Shown: positions 1-8,822, numbered from the stretch's first letter. The stretch is DNA of 16,209 nt from Promethearchaeota archaeon (GCA_008080735.1 SHMW01000005.1:88145-104353), one strand, 5' to 3'. Notes: generated from the sequence alone by a model not told the origin. Numbers and translations are program-made.

Positions 1-72
1 ATTAGAGTCAATACCAACATATCCATTAATATTATTTCTAGGTCCAGTAATATTTTGAGTTAAAATTGGCAT
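1..72 (-). CDS. N-terminus of next tail/baseplate gene, truncated by window edge (MPILTQNITGPRNNINGYVGIDSN...)
   Basis: ATG at 72, 5 nt after the TAA of the 528-aa gene. The frame is open for 24 codons to the window edge. Function is inferred only from position after the TMP and distal tail genes. Confidence 0.6.
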   Translation of the reverse strand, partial: MPILTQNITGPRNNINGYVGIDSN

Positions 73-77
73 AATTT

Positions 78-1664
78 TTATCCATTAGTATTATTATAAG
101 TTGTTTGCATTCCATCTGGGAAAATACCTGTACTACTTGCTTCAGTTATACCACTAGGCTCTATAACCCAAGTTACATTTCTAGAATAATTTCTATTAAT
201 AGGATTCCACGACTCTGTGTCTTGTGAAATATAATAATATCCAGCGTTTGGTTTAACAGCATTAATAATAGAAGATACATCTGGTTTATTAAAATACTGA
301 GAAGCTAAAGAAGACGATGTTATCCCTGAAGACAAAGGATTCATTAGCAGATCTATAGACAATTGACGTTCTGGTGTGGTTTTAGTCTCCATGTACTGCA
401 CAACTGGACCAGAAACTCTACCAGGAACATTAATCAACGCTATCACATCTGTAGGAGCTGTATCAACAATTGATATTTCTTCATTTAATGCATCAGAAAT
501 AATTTGACCAAGATAAGCTAGAAAGCCCCAAGAATATCTAACTAAACCATTAGTCATATCTTTTGTAACAGTCTTAGAAACTGGGTTGCTATTAATAGTT
601 ATCCCAGAAGAGGAAAACTGTTGTGCCCTACTATAAAGTTTATTTTGAACAATTTCCCATTCACTTTCAGCATTAGACAAAGCACCGCTTGTTTCTGTTA
701 TACGATCTTCATATCCAAATATAGTTCCAGTAAGTGTAATTTGTCTTTGATTTTGATTATTAGCATCAAAAGATTCGGTTAACTCCCATTCTTCTCTAGT
801 GTTACCATTTGGATTATATACAAAATTTTCGGTTAGTCCCCATGTATAAGATTCGGGATCAACATTTTCTGATAATTGATAATTATAAAAATTATTAAGA
901 CCAGAAACTCCTATCTGATCTTCAAGATCGCCATACTGATTTAATAATATATGAAACCAATCTTGAACATCTACAGTTGTTAAATTTATTTGATCACTAT
1001 GTTCTACAATAGGAGATAAGAAATTATCAGGATTAAATAAGTCATTTGTTCCAGAGGCAGTAGTAGCAATTAGAATGCCGCTCTGAACAACATAAGCATG
1101 ATCATAACACCAGTCTCTGGCGACACGCAACGCATCGTTAGAACCTGTGTCGGAATAACGATGTTTACCCACCGCTTCTAATGTATGCGTTATGTTGTAT
1201 GTGCCATTTTGTTGTTCATTTAAAGACCAATTCTCACTAGTTCCAGCAAGTTCTGTAATAGACTCACCGCTTACAGCAAATGACTTAAGACTAACGGTAT
1301 ATTCATTTCTATTGGTCCAAGTACCAGGAGAAAATCCAACATTATCTACTTGGCAATATGCTAACAAAGGGTGTCCGCTGGTGCTTGGTGCATCAATTTT
1401 TAATAACCCACCATCGGTGAATAAATTTCGTATTCTCGTTTGTTCATTTAACACACCATTCATGTCATTTCCTGGGTATCCACTTGCACCAGTAGAATCC
1501 AAGGTTTTGCCAACATTAACAATGGTTCCAGTTAATGTAAAATTATATTCAGGATGTAAAATAATACCATCTGAACCACGAACATTTGTTTTTGACCAAC
1601 TAACAAATGGAGCAGGTATTAAATAAGATTCAGTCCCGCCGCTAGGTGTATAACTAACTGGCAT
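78..1664 (-). CDS. Distal tail / tail-tip protein (Dit- or hub-like), 528 aa, internally repeated
   Basis: Directly follows the TMP with a TAATG overlap at 1664. Acidic, beta-rich S/T/N/G composition. TLTGTI occurs twice, 267 aa apart. Confidence 0.6.
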   Translation of the reverse strand: MPVSYTPSGGTESYLIPAPFVSWSKTNVRGSDGIILHPEYNFTLTGTIVNVGKTLDSTGASGYPGNDMNGVLNEQTRIRNLFTDGGLLKIDAPSTSGHPLLAYCQVDNVGFSPGTWTNRNEYTVSLKSFAVSGESITELAGTSENWSLNEQQNGTYNITHTLEAVGKHRYSDTGSNDALRVARDWCYDHAYVVQSGILIATTASGTNDLFNPDNFLSPIVEHSDQINLTTVDVQDWFHILLNQYGDLEDQIGVSGLNNFYNYQLSENVDPESYTWGLTENFVYNPNGNTREEWELTESFDANNQNQRQITLTGTIFGYEDRITETSGALSNAESEWEIVQNKLYSRAQQFSSSGITINSNPVSKTVTKDMTNGLVRYSWGFLAYLGQIISDALNEEISIVDTAPTDVIALINVPGRVSGPVVQYMETKTTPERQLSIDLLMNPLSSGITSSSLASQYFNKPDVSSIINAVKPNAGYYYISQDTESWNPINRNYSRNVTWVIEPSGITEASSTGIFPDGMQTTYNNTNG

Positions 1665-4600
1665 TAAAATCCTCCCTGTCTAACAACTTGCTCTTGTAAC
1701 GTTAATGGCTTGGTGTTCTTTGCATCTCGATAAGCACCGTCTAAAATACGCTGCAATGCTCTGTCAGTAGCATCAGCCGGATTAAGTTGCGATTTAAGTG
1801 CTTCAATTGTTCCAAGCACAACTTGTCGATTAACAGTCTGGTTATTTTGACCATTATCTTCAACATTAACATTTACATCAACATTAGTATTAGTTGAGTT
1901 TCCAGATATATTATTAATGTTTCTAGTTAAATTATTAATACTATTTGTGTTGCTAATTAAAGAATCAGATAATATATTTATTGGTCCAATCAATCTTTCG
2001 AAAGATGGTAAGTCATTTTGACCAAAATTATCTAGAGAATCACTAAGCCTACCCAAATTGTTAGTTAGTATTCCTTGTATCTTTGCTTGTTCGCTAAGCA
2101 GACGATCAATTTGATTTCCAGTTCTGTTTACTGCATCAGACAATCCTGAAGTAGCTAAACCAGCCTGTCCACCAAAAATATTTAAACCAGCACCGCGTAA
2201 AGCTGTTGCGATATCTGCAAACGATTGTGCAGTAACCCCTTGACCAATAGGAATATTTCCAAATAATTCCCCACCCCTTTGTATTTCCTGTAATATAGAT
2301 GGGTTAATTGTCCTAAACCTATCGATAAGATTGTTCAACACACCTGGGTCCAATTGCGGCAGTTGTCCAGCAGAAGTAACACCACGTAGTGGGCCTTGTA
2401 CAAACAATTGTCTAAATCTATTGAATTCAGATTGTATGATAACTTCCGCCCGTCTTATATCACTTGTTGGTGTAGTAGATAATCTTTGACGTTGAGATAT
2501 TTCTTTCTGCAACTCTTGAGAAAGATTGTTAAATCGCTGATTAAGTTCATTAACTAAATCACCGGATTGTTGCAAAGCAATATTAAAAGCATCTTGCGAT
2601 TCCCTTAGGTTGCTTAAAGCTATAACACGATCTCTCTGAGATTCCGGAGAAGTTCCTGCTCTTGTATTGGCCAATCTACTTCGTGCTTGCAGTAAATCAA
2701 AAGCAGATCCAATTAAATCAGGTTGTCCAATAAGCCCTAATATTCTAGATCTTCCACCTTCTATTTGTCTGACGCCAGCACCAAAACCTTGTTGTCGACT
2801 AATTCTAGAACGCTCAAGTTCGATAAAAGCACTTCTAGCCGCATTAGAAGATTCTAATAAAGCCTTTTGTCTTTCATATGAAATATTAATTTCTTTTATT
2901 TGATTATTTAGATTTTCAAAACTAGCTGAAACTCTTGATCTAATTATATTTTCAGTATTAAGTCCATCAACTAGAGATCGAACAACAGATCCAACGTCTT
3001 TTGATAACAAATCAGGATTTTGTTTAAACGATTGTTGTATATTTTCTGACACGGTTTGAATTAAATTACTGGCTTCATCAGACAAACTAGACCTATTAAA
3101 TTGATCTCTTAAAGCTCTTGATATACTCAGAGAAAGTTGTTCAGCAGATTCTTGAGTTATTTGACCACCAGATATTCTATTTTGTACAGAAGATAATATA
3201 TTTGTTAATTCATTTTGTATAGCAATAAATTCGGCTATTATCCTGTCGTTACCAATACCACCAGAGAATCTACCAATAGTTCCTTGAATCTCTCTAATAT
3301 TAGTAGATCTTACAGAAGATATACTTCCAACAATTATATCTAATATTTTATCTGGTAAATCAATTGTTCCAACATTTCCGCTTAGAGAAGATATAAATTC
3401 AGATTGAATATTAAGTACAAATCTTTGTGCTTCATTTCTAAGATTTAACTGTTCAGTCTGTTGTTCAAAAGAAAATAAGAATCCTCTGAAATTTCTGTTA
3501 AAAGTTAATAAATTTTCGGCAATTGCTCTATTAGCGTCGATAATTTTATTGCGTGCTTGCTGTGATTCTACGAAAGCACGTTCTGTCAAACCGGCAATTT
3601 GTCCAAAAACTTCTTCTAATGGAACTCCAGCATTAACAACAGCTTCTATTAATTTAGATCTTATGGCTGATCTTAGCTGTATATCGTTTACACCAGGTAT
3701 AGCAGTAGTAATTTGTACAGCTTGACGCCTACTAATACCAGTCAAAGTATTAATTTGCGTACGTGTTAATTCCTCTAAATTTCCACCGGTTTCTTCAAAT
3801 ATAGTTTTAAAAATTTGTCCAAAGTCATCAAATCTATCTATATCTAAACTTCCAGCTATAGTAACCAGTTCATTTAATGATCTTTCAAGTTCTTGGCCAC
3901 TATTTAAGATACCGGCAGATACAGCACCAATAGCTGCACCAATACCTGCTCCAGCCAATGTTCCTGGGCCTGGTGCAATCGCACTACCAATAGTGCCACC
4001 AAATATAGCACCAGTAGCAGCCCCTGAGAAACTTCCGACTGAACCAGATTGTCGTCTTCTAGCAGATATAATTCGTTCAAGATCTTCTGCCCTTATACTT
4101 CTTTGGTTGAATTCCGCCCTTGGTTGTCTGGAAAATACTGTTGCAAGTTGATCAAACACAAGGCTAGACAAAAACAATCCAATTTCTGGAGATATTCTTT
4201 GTACACCTCTGGATAAACCACCTGTAAAACGGCCAATTCTACCTCCAATACCCGTTCTTTCACGACGAATACGAGCAATATTTTGAGCACGCAATATAGC
4301 ACGATCTCTAACAGATCGTTCTCTTCTTAAAGATTGTGCGGCAGCATCTTGTGCTCTTGTTAACCTTTGTATTGATTCAGAATTACGACGTAAAAATCTA
4401 GGCAATCTTCTAAGTTGTCTTTGACTTCTGGCTAACGACACGCTATTGATCAAAAAGTTTTCAGGAAATACACGGCCTCCTGATGGACGACGTTGCAAAG
4501 CAGCAGATCTTGCAGCAATATTAGCCCTAATATTTGGTTGTGCCGCTAGTGCTATTCCACGTTGTGTTCGAGCTTGTGCTAATGCTCCTGAAGCTCGCTG

Positions 4601-6613
4601 TAATTCTAATTCCGCACGAAATATACCTTGATTGCGTCGTCTTTGTCTAAATTCTCTTATCGATTGATCGAGTGTTAAACCTTGTGATCGACCTTGGGTT
4701 GCAATAGAAGCTGTTAGTCCACGTGGATTAAAAAGAATTGCTCTTTGTGCTAAACTTTCGGTACTAGTTGCCACACCAGTAGCACCTTGTCTGGTAGCTC
4801 TAATAATATTTTGTCTATTATTTTCTTGAACTGCTGCGGTGTTAGTATTAACAGCTTGTGTATTACTACGAACACTGCTAACTAAAGCTTGTTGAGATCT
4901 TGGTACGGATTCTGACACCGATCCACCTGTTCCGGGTACGCTAGTACCTCTAAAGGCACCGGGTCGATATAGTTGTAGTCCAGCGGCAAAGCTTGGTAAA
5001 TTACGTACTGTTCCCGTAAACAATTTAATGCCAGCAAATTTAAGCAATGTTGGTAGTAATGGTTGTAATGCTGAGAGTGTACCGGATACAACACTTGTTA
5101 ATGCACCAAAATCCTGTACCAGTCTAGCTATAGCAGGATCTTCTGCCAATTGCCTAAACACATCCTGAAATCTAGTAGCAATTATCTGCAACTGTTTATC
5201 TATTCTTTGAAGTCCAATAACAGCATCGCGTTGTATAGATCCCGGACCTTTTGTTAAAGATATATCCAAAGCACGTTCAAATTGTTGAAAATTCTGAATT
5301 ATCGGTACAAAAACTTTACCTTGGCGTACTCCAGATATGTTTTCAACCAAACGACCAAATTGCTCTGGATTTAAATTATTAGAAACTTCGGCAATTTCTC
5401 TGAGCCTACTAGCTATACCTTTGAGTTGGCCCTCAGCATCTCTAGTTCTACCACCTGTTAATCGGTCGGTAAATTCAACAACATCAGGACGTAAAAGTCT
5501 TAATGAAAGAGTGTTAATAGACGTAGCAATTGTTGTTGTATCTAAACGAGTCACTTGTCTAATGGCAGCAACTAAAGCGGCAAATTCTTCTAAGGAGCCT
5601 CCTGCCGCACGGAATGCAGCACCACCACGTTGAACAGCGGTAAAAAGATTGCCAGCTTCAAAGGCAAAATTTTTCGACAGTTCGTTGGCTATATCTAACA
5701 CCCTTATAGTGTCAGAACCCGTTAAGTTAAATTGGTTTAAAACTGCAATAACACCAGTCGTCGTAGATTCGATATCATCAAAAGTTGCTGCTAAATCTGA
5801 TTGTGCTAGAGCAGACACGGCATCAAGCAAATCAGATTGTTCGCTAAATTTCTCACCGGACTGAGCTAATCTGGTGGTGATTGCAAATAATTCTTCTCCA
5901 GAAGCACCAAAGTTTTGTGCTATTTCAAATGTTTGTCTAGCAATATTTCGTGCCGTTTCTGCATTACCACCAAGAACTTGCGTTAGTCTAGTAATTTCAG
6001 TATTAATGTTTTTAACAGATTCAGCAGCAATGTTAAAAGCCCTACTAACTTGAAATATAGTGGTAGCTGGAATTAAATATGCTGCCAATCTAGTTGTACT
6101 AAAACCAATGCGAGATGCGAAATTATCTACTGACTCTGATGCTTCACGATGAGCAGAAGCAAATCTACGAACAGATTGTGTAGATTGTCTTGTTGCACGA
6201 GCGGCATCTTTTTGTACACGATTAGCTTCTTTAATTGGTTCTTGCAAACTTGATGCGGCTGGGCCAACAGCACCTGCTCGTGTTCCACTAGTAAAAGCTA
6301 CTCTAACAGATATAGGCTTTCGTCTATTAAAATATGCCTGAGCCTTTTGTATAAATTCACGTGCAGACCTTTGACTATTCGCACCAAATTTAAAATTAGC
6401 AGAATCAATTTTAATCTTGCGACGACTTAATACTTTTTCAATATCTTTTACATCAATCTGAGGACGAAGCTTAACTTTCTTCAGATCTCTTTGTATTTTT
6501 GAAGTATTGATAGTAACAGATAACTGTTTAAGACTTCTCTCAACAGATTGACGCAAACCCTTTGGGTTCGCAATATTAATACCAATACGAAGTTCGCCGT
6601 CTTTTTTGGCCAT
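1664..6613 (-). CDS. Tail tape measure protein, 1649 aa, with TP901-family (PhageMin_Tail-like) core
   Basis: Very long helical A/R/Q/S/I/L-rich ORF after the tube and chaperone genes. Approx. aa 195-375 (INTEITRLTQV...LAQSG...VLNQFNL...VLDIANELSKNFA...AVQRGGAAFRAAGGSLEEFAALVAAI...IATSINTLSLRL) matches the TP901-type core pattern. It has a glycine-zipper segment and an Asn-rich C-terminus. Confidence 0.92.
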   Translation of the reverse strand: MAKKDGELRIGINIANPKGLRQSVERSLKQLSVTINTSKIQRDLKKVKLRPQIDVKDIEKVLSRRKIKIDSANFKFGANSQRSAREFIQKAQAYFNRRKPISVRVAFTSGTRAGAVGPAASSLQEPIKEANRVQKDAARATRQSTQSVRRFASAHREASESVDNFASRIGFSTTRLAAYLIPATTIFQVSRAFNIAAESVKNINTEITRLTQVLGGNAETARNIARQTFEIAQNFGASGEELFAITTRLAQSGEKFSEQSDLLDAVSALAQSDLAATFDDIESTTTGVIAVLNQFNLTGSDTIRVLDIANELSKNFAFEAGNLFTAVQRGGAAFRAAGGSLEEFAALVAAIRQVTRLDTTTIATSINTLSLRLLRPDVVEFTDRLTGGRTRDAEGQLKGIASRLREIAEVSNNLNPEQFGRLVENISGVRQGKVFVPIIQNFQQFERALDISLTKGPGSIQRDAVIGLQRIDKQLQIIATRFQDVFRQLAEDPAIARLVQDFGALTSVVSGTLSALQPLLPTLLKFAGIKLFTGTVRNLPSFAAGLQLYRPGAFRGTSVPGTGGSVSESVPRSQQALVSSVRSNTQAVNTNTAAVQENNRQNIIRATRQGATGVATSTESLAQRAILFNPRGLTASIATQGRSQGLTLDQSIREFRQRRRNQGIFRAELELQRASGALAQARTQRGIALAAQPNIRANIAARSAALQRRPSGGRVFPENFLINSVSLARSQRQLRRLPRFLRRNSESIQRLTRAQDAAAQSLRRERSVRDRAILRAQNIARIRRERTGIGGRIGRFTGGLSRGVQRISPEIGLFLSSLVFDQLATVFSRQPRAEFNQRSIRAEDLERIISARRRQSGSVGSFSGAATGAIFGGTIGSAIAPGPGTLAGAGIGAAIGAVSAGILNSGQELERSLNELVTIAGSLDIDRFDDFGQIFKTIFEETGGNLEELTRTQINTLTGISRRQAVQITTAIPGVNDIQLRSAIRSKLIEAVVNAGVPLEEVFGQIAGLTERAFVESQQARNKIIDANRAIAENLLTFNRNFRGFLFSFEQQTEQLNLRNEAQRFVLNIQSEFISSLSGNVGTIDLPDKILDIIVGSISSVRSTNIREIQGTIGRFSGGIGNDRIIAEFIAIQNELTNILSSVQNRISGGQITQESAEQLSLSISRALRDQFNRSSLSDEASNLIQTVSENIQQSFKQNPDLLSKDVGSVVRSLVDGLNTENIIRSRVSASFENLNNQIKEINISYERQKALLESSNAARSAFIELERSRISRQQGFGAGVRQIEGGRSRILGLIGQPDLIGSAFDLLQARSRLANTRAGTSPESQRDRVIALSNLRESQDAFNIALQQSGDLVNELNQRFNNLSQELQKEISQRQRLSTTPTSDIRRAEVIIQSEFNRFRQLFVQGPLRGVTSAGQLPQLDPGVLNNLIDRFRTINPSILQEIQRGGELFGNIPIGQGVTAQSFADIATALRGAGLNIFGGQAGLATSGLSDAVNRTGNQIDRLLSEQAKIQGILTNNLGRLSDSLDNFGQNDLPSFERLIGPINILSDSLISNTNSINNLTRNINNISGNSTNTNVDVNVNVEDNGQNNQTVNRQVVLGTIEALKSQLNPADATDRALQRILDGAYRDAKNTKPLTLQEQVVRQGGF

Positions 6614-7401
6614 TACTTACTTTTCTTTTTTGTTGATTTTTTAGTTTTAACACAATCTTCAGTATAAGGTTTTTCTGGTTCTATATCACCAATAATATTA
6701 GATAAAGCATTTAAAGCTTCGCTTTCGTCTAAAGGATTCCCAAATTCATCTACATGCTCACCAGTATTAGGATCGATATATCGTAGGTTGTCGTCAACAA
6801 ATTTGTATTTCTTCAGCCACTTCACTTCTGGTAATTTGTTTTCAAAATCTGGATCAAAATCAAAAATAACCCTGTCGACCATATCAGACGATTTAGCATA
6901 AATATCAGTTAATTTATCATTTTTTAAATCATCAATGGTTTCCCAATATTTTTCTCCAGTATCAGGATCAACAATACAAGTGTGTATTATATAATCTTTT
7001 CTATCACGTTCAGCAATAGATTCTATAGTAGAGTCATCGAAAGTTTGACGTTTACGCATAATCTCAACTATTTTACTACGCAGTTTGGTAACTTCAATGG
7101 TTATATTTCTACCAGATTGCTTTGAAATTCCACCCTTGCGTAGTATGTTTAGTTTTTCATTAATTGTATTTTGAATATCTGAAATTGCTTTTTCATCTTT
7201 TTCTGTCCAAATACCACTTTCTTTCAAATAATCATCAACCTGAGATCTAACTAATAGCTTTTGTTTGTTATTACGCAAGATTTCTGCAACACGACCAGCA
7301 TAGTACATATCAGCATCTGATAGCTCTTGTGCTGTTATATTTTTTACCATTAATTTAATTTCTTTATCTTGATTGTCTTTAACAGTGAATTCATTATTCA
7401 T
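6613..7401 (-). CDS. Probable tail assembly chaperone, 262 aa (paralogue of 7717..8760)
   Basis: Charged helical protein immediately upstream of the TMP (TAATG overlap at 6613). AAGGA lies 8 nt before the ATG. It shares an 82-aa ungapped block with the 347-aa protein. Confidence 0.65.
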   Translation of the reverse strand: MNNEFTVKDNQDKEIKLMVKNITAQELSDADMYYAGRVAEILRNNKQKLLVRSQVDDYLKESGIWTEKDEKAISDIQNTINEKLNILRKGGISKQSGRNITIEVTKLRSKIVEIMRKRQTFDDSTIESIAERDRKDYIIHTCIVDPDTGEKYWETIDDLKNDKLTDIYAKSSDMVDRVIFDFDPDFENKLPEVKWLKKYKFVDDNLRYIDPNTGEHVDEFGNPLDESEALNALSNIIGDIEPEKPYTEDCVKTKKSTKKKSK

Positions 7402-7406
7402 ATCTT

Positions 7407-7727
7407 TTATCCTTGATCAAATTTAAAAACTGTCTGGTATCTATTCCAAACCACAGTATGCATATCTAATTCTTTCATAGCGTTTGATCGCTTACGATGC
7501 CCATAATTAAGTATATTAGCTCTGCATTCTTGCCATCGTTTACGCATTTCGCGTTCGTTATCAGTTAATTTATCATCAGTCTTACCATGTCCCCAAATAA
7601 AACCAAAATACTGTTCAAATTCTGAAAGAGGATGGATAATTACTGTTTCGAACTTTTTATTCATAATCTTCTTTAACCGCTCTAAATACTTAGCTTTCAT
7701 CTCTTCGTTTTCGTATTTACTTGGCAT
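7407..7727 (-). CDS. Hypothetical protein, 106 aa, basic and helical, in the tail chaperone locus
   Basis: ATG overlaps the end of the upstream gene by 11 nt and the ORF fills the gap in the operon. No family recognised. Confidence 0.7.
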   Translation of the reverse strand: MPSKYENEEMKAKYLERLKKIMNKKFETVIIHPLSEFEQYFGFIWGHGKTDDKLTDNEREMRKRWQECRANILNYGHRKRSNAMKELDMHTVVWNRYQTVFKFDQG

Positions 7728-8760
7728 TTTGTCTATTAACTCCTAATCTTAGTTCTTGCTTAACATCTCCGAAGTCCAAGTCACCACAAGTGCCTTTTTC
7801 GTTAATAACATCAGACCGACGTTTTTTATAATATTCTGCGACAGAACTATTTAACTTTCTAACCTCATCTATACTTTCTTCATCACACATAATAAATTTT
7901 TCATTTGACAATACTAACTTATTTGACTTATTGCTTATAGTATTATCTTGCTGATGGTTTTGCTCCTTTTTTAATCTATTTATCTCTAATTCATACCAAG
8001 CGTCAAATTCTGTATCGTTATCAATAACAGAATCACTTGGCTTATTTGTACTATCAAAAGCAAAGTCATATATTTTAGACCAAAAGCATAAATTATACTG
8101 GAGTTCTGTCATCTCCGTAGCAGCGTAGTTAAATAATGATGTGCCTGTCTCTTTTGCAACTACCCAATATAGTCGCCACGGATCTGTCCTAGATATTAAC
8201 CGTATATCTTTTTCAGATATAGCATTATCTCTATAATAACATACAACCAAAGTATCTATAAGAGATGGTTTTAGGTCTATATTTGGTGTTAAAATATTAG
8301 TATTTTTAGATATAATGAACCGTCTTTTAGCACGATCTGCTATAGATTCGGCAGTTTGATGATCAAAAGCATGTTTTTTATTATATAAACGTTCAATTTC
8401 AACATTAATCTTAGTCAAAATGTCATTAATTGCACGCTTACGTTTTTTGTGAAATTTTAAATTTGGTAATCTGTCTTGTAATTTCTTATATTCATTTTTA
8501 AATATTTCTAATCTATTTTCGTCTTCATCTGTCCAACGACCCTGTTCTTTTAACAGATCAATCGATTCAGAAACACTAAGGATACCATTATCCCGGCATT
8601 TTCTGTAGTTATAAGTATATATATAATCAGATTCCGCTAGCAATTCAAGAGTTGGATCGGCAACAATAGCGGAAATATCTTGATGATTGTACTGAAAATC
8701 AATACGCAATTTTCCATTTGAGATTCTCCGCACTAATCGTGCTCTTTCGTTTAAATCCAC
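7717..8760 (-). CDS. Probable tail assembly chaperone, 347 aa (shared N-terminal domain plus distinct C-terminal domain)
   Basis: GTG start with AGGA 9 nt upstream. First gene after the tail tube gene, the canonical chaperone position. Charged helical composition. The N-terminal half is paralogous to 6613..7401. Confidence 0.65.
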   Translation of the reverse strand: MDLNERARLVRRISNGKLRIDFQYNHQDISAIVADPTLELLAESDYIYTYNYRKCRDNGILSVSESIDLLKEQGRWTDEDENRLEIFKNEYKKLQDRLPNLKFHKKRKRAINDILTKINVEIERLYNKKHAFDHQTAESIADRAKRRFIISKNTNILTPNIDLKPSLIDTLVVCYYRDNAISEKDIRLISRTDPWRLYWVVAKETGTSLFNYAATEMTELQYNLCFWSKIYDFAFDSTNKPSDSVIDNDTEFDAWYELEINRLKKEQNHQQDNTISNKSNKLVLSNEKFIMCDEESIDEVRKLNSSVAEYYKKRRSDVINEKGTCGDLDFGDVKQELRLGVNRQNAK

Positions 8761-8792
8761 CGTCTTAAATCCTGTTGATTATCCTCTGCAAT

Positions 8793-8822
8793 GCATACCA
8801 AGTCTTTTACAACATGGTATGC
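8793..8822 (-). terminator. Intergenic stem-loop after the major tail gene (attenuator, processing or stabilising hairpin; no U-tract)
   Basis: Perfect 8-bp inverted repeat GCATACCA (8793-8800) / TGGTATGC (8815-8822). In the mRNA it extends by GUU/GAC after a U-U mismatch, leaving a GUAAAA loop. It starts 8 nt after the stop codon and is followed by AUUGCAG rather than poly-U. Confidence 0.45.

Noticed and set aside
6625-6631. In-frame slippery heptamer A_AAA_AAG at the end of the 262-aa chaperone gene, just upstream of the TMP
   Set aside because: The -1 frame reads GAA AAG TAA and stops before the TMP ATG, so no fusion is possible. The heptamer sits in a Lys-rich tail.
7402-7435. Possible -1 frameshift fusing the 106-aa ORF to the 262-aa ORF via GTTTTTAAAT
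   Set aside because: The run is not in X_XXY_YYZ phase, and the -1 frame has TAA and TGA stops before the next ATG.
7966-7972. In-frame A_AAA_AAG inside the 347-aa gene (a -1 shift would give a ~272-aa truncated form)
   Set aside because: No clear stimulatory element was seen. The same heptamer occurs in frame at 13110-13116 in an unrelated gene, so chance in Lys-rich, AT-rich DNA is sufficient.
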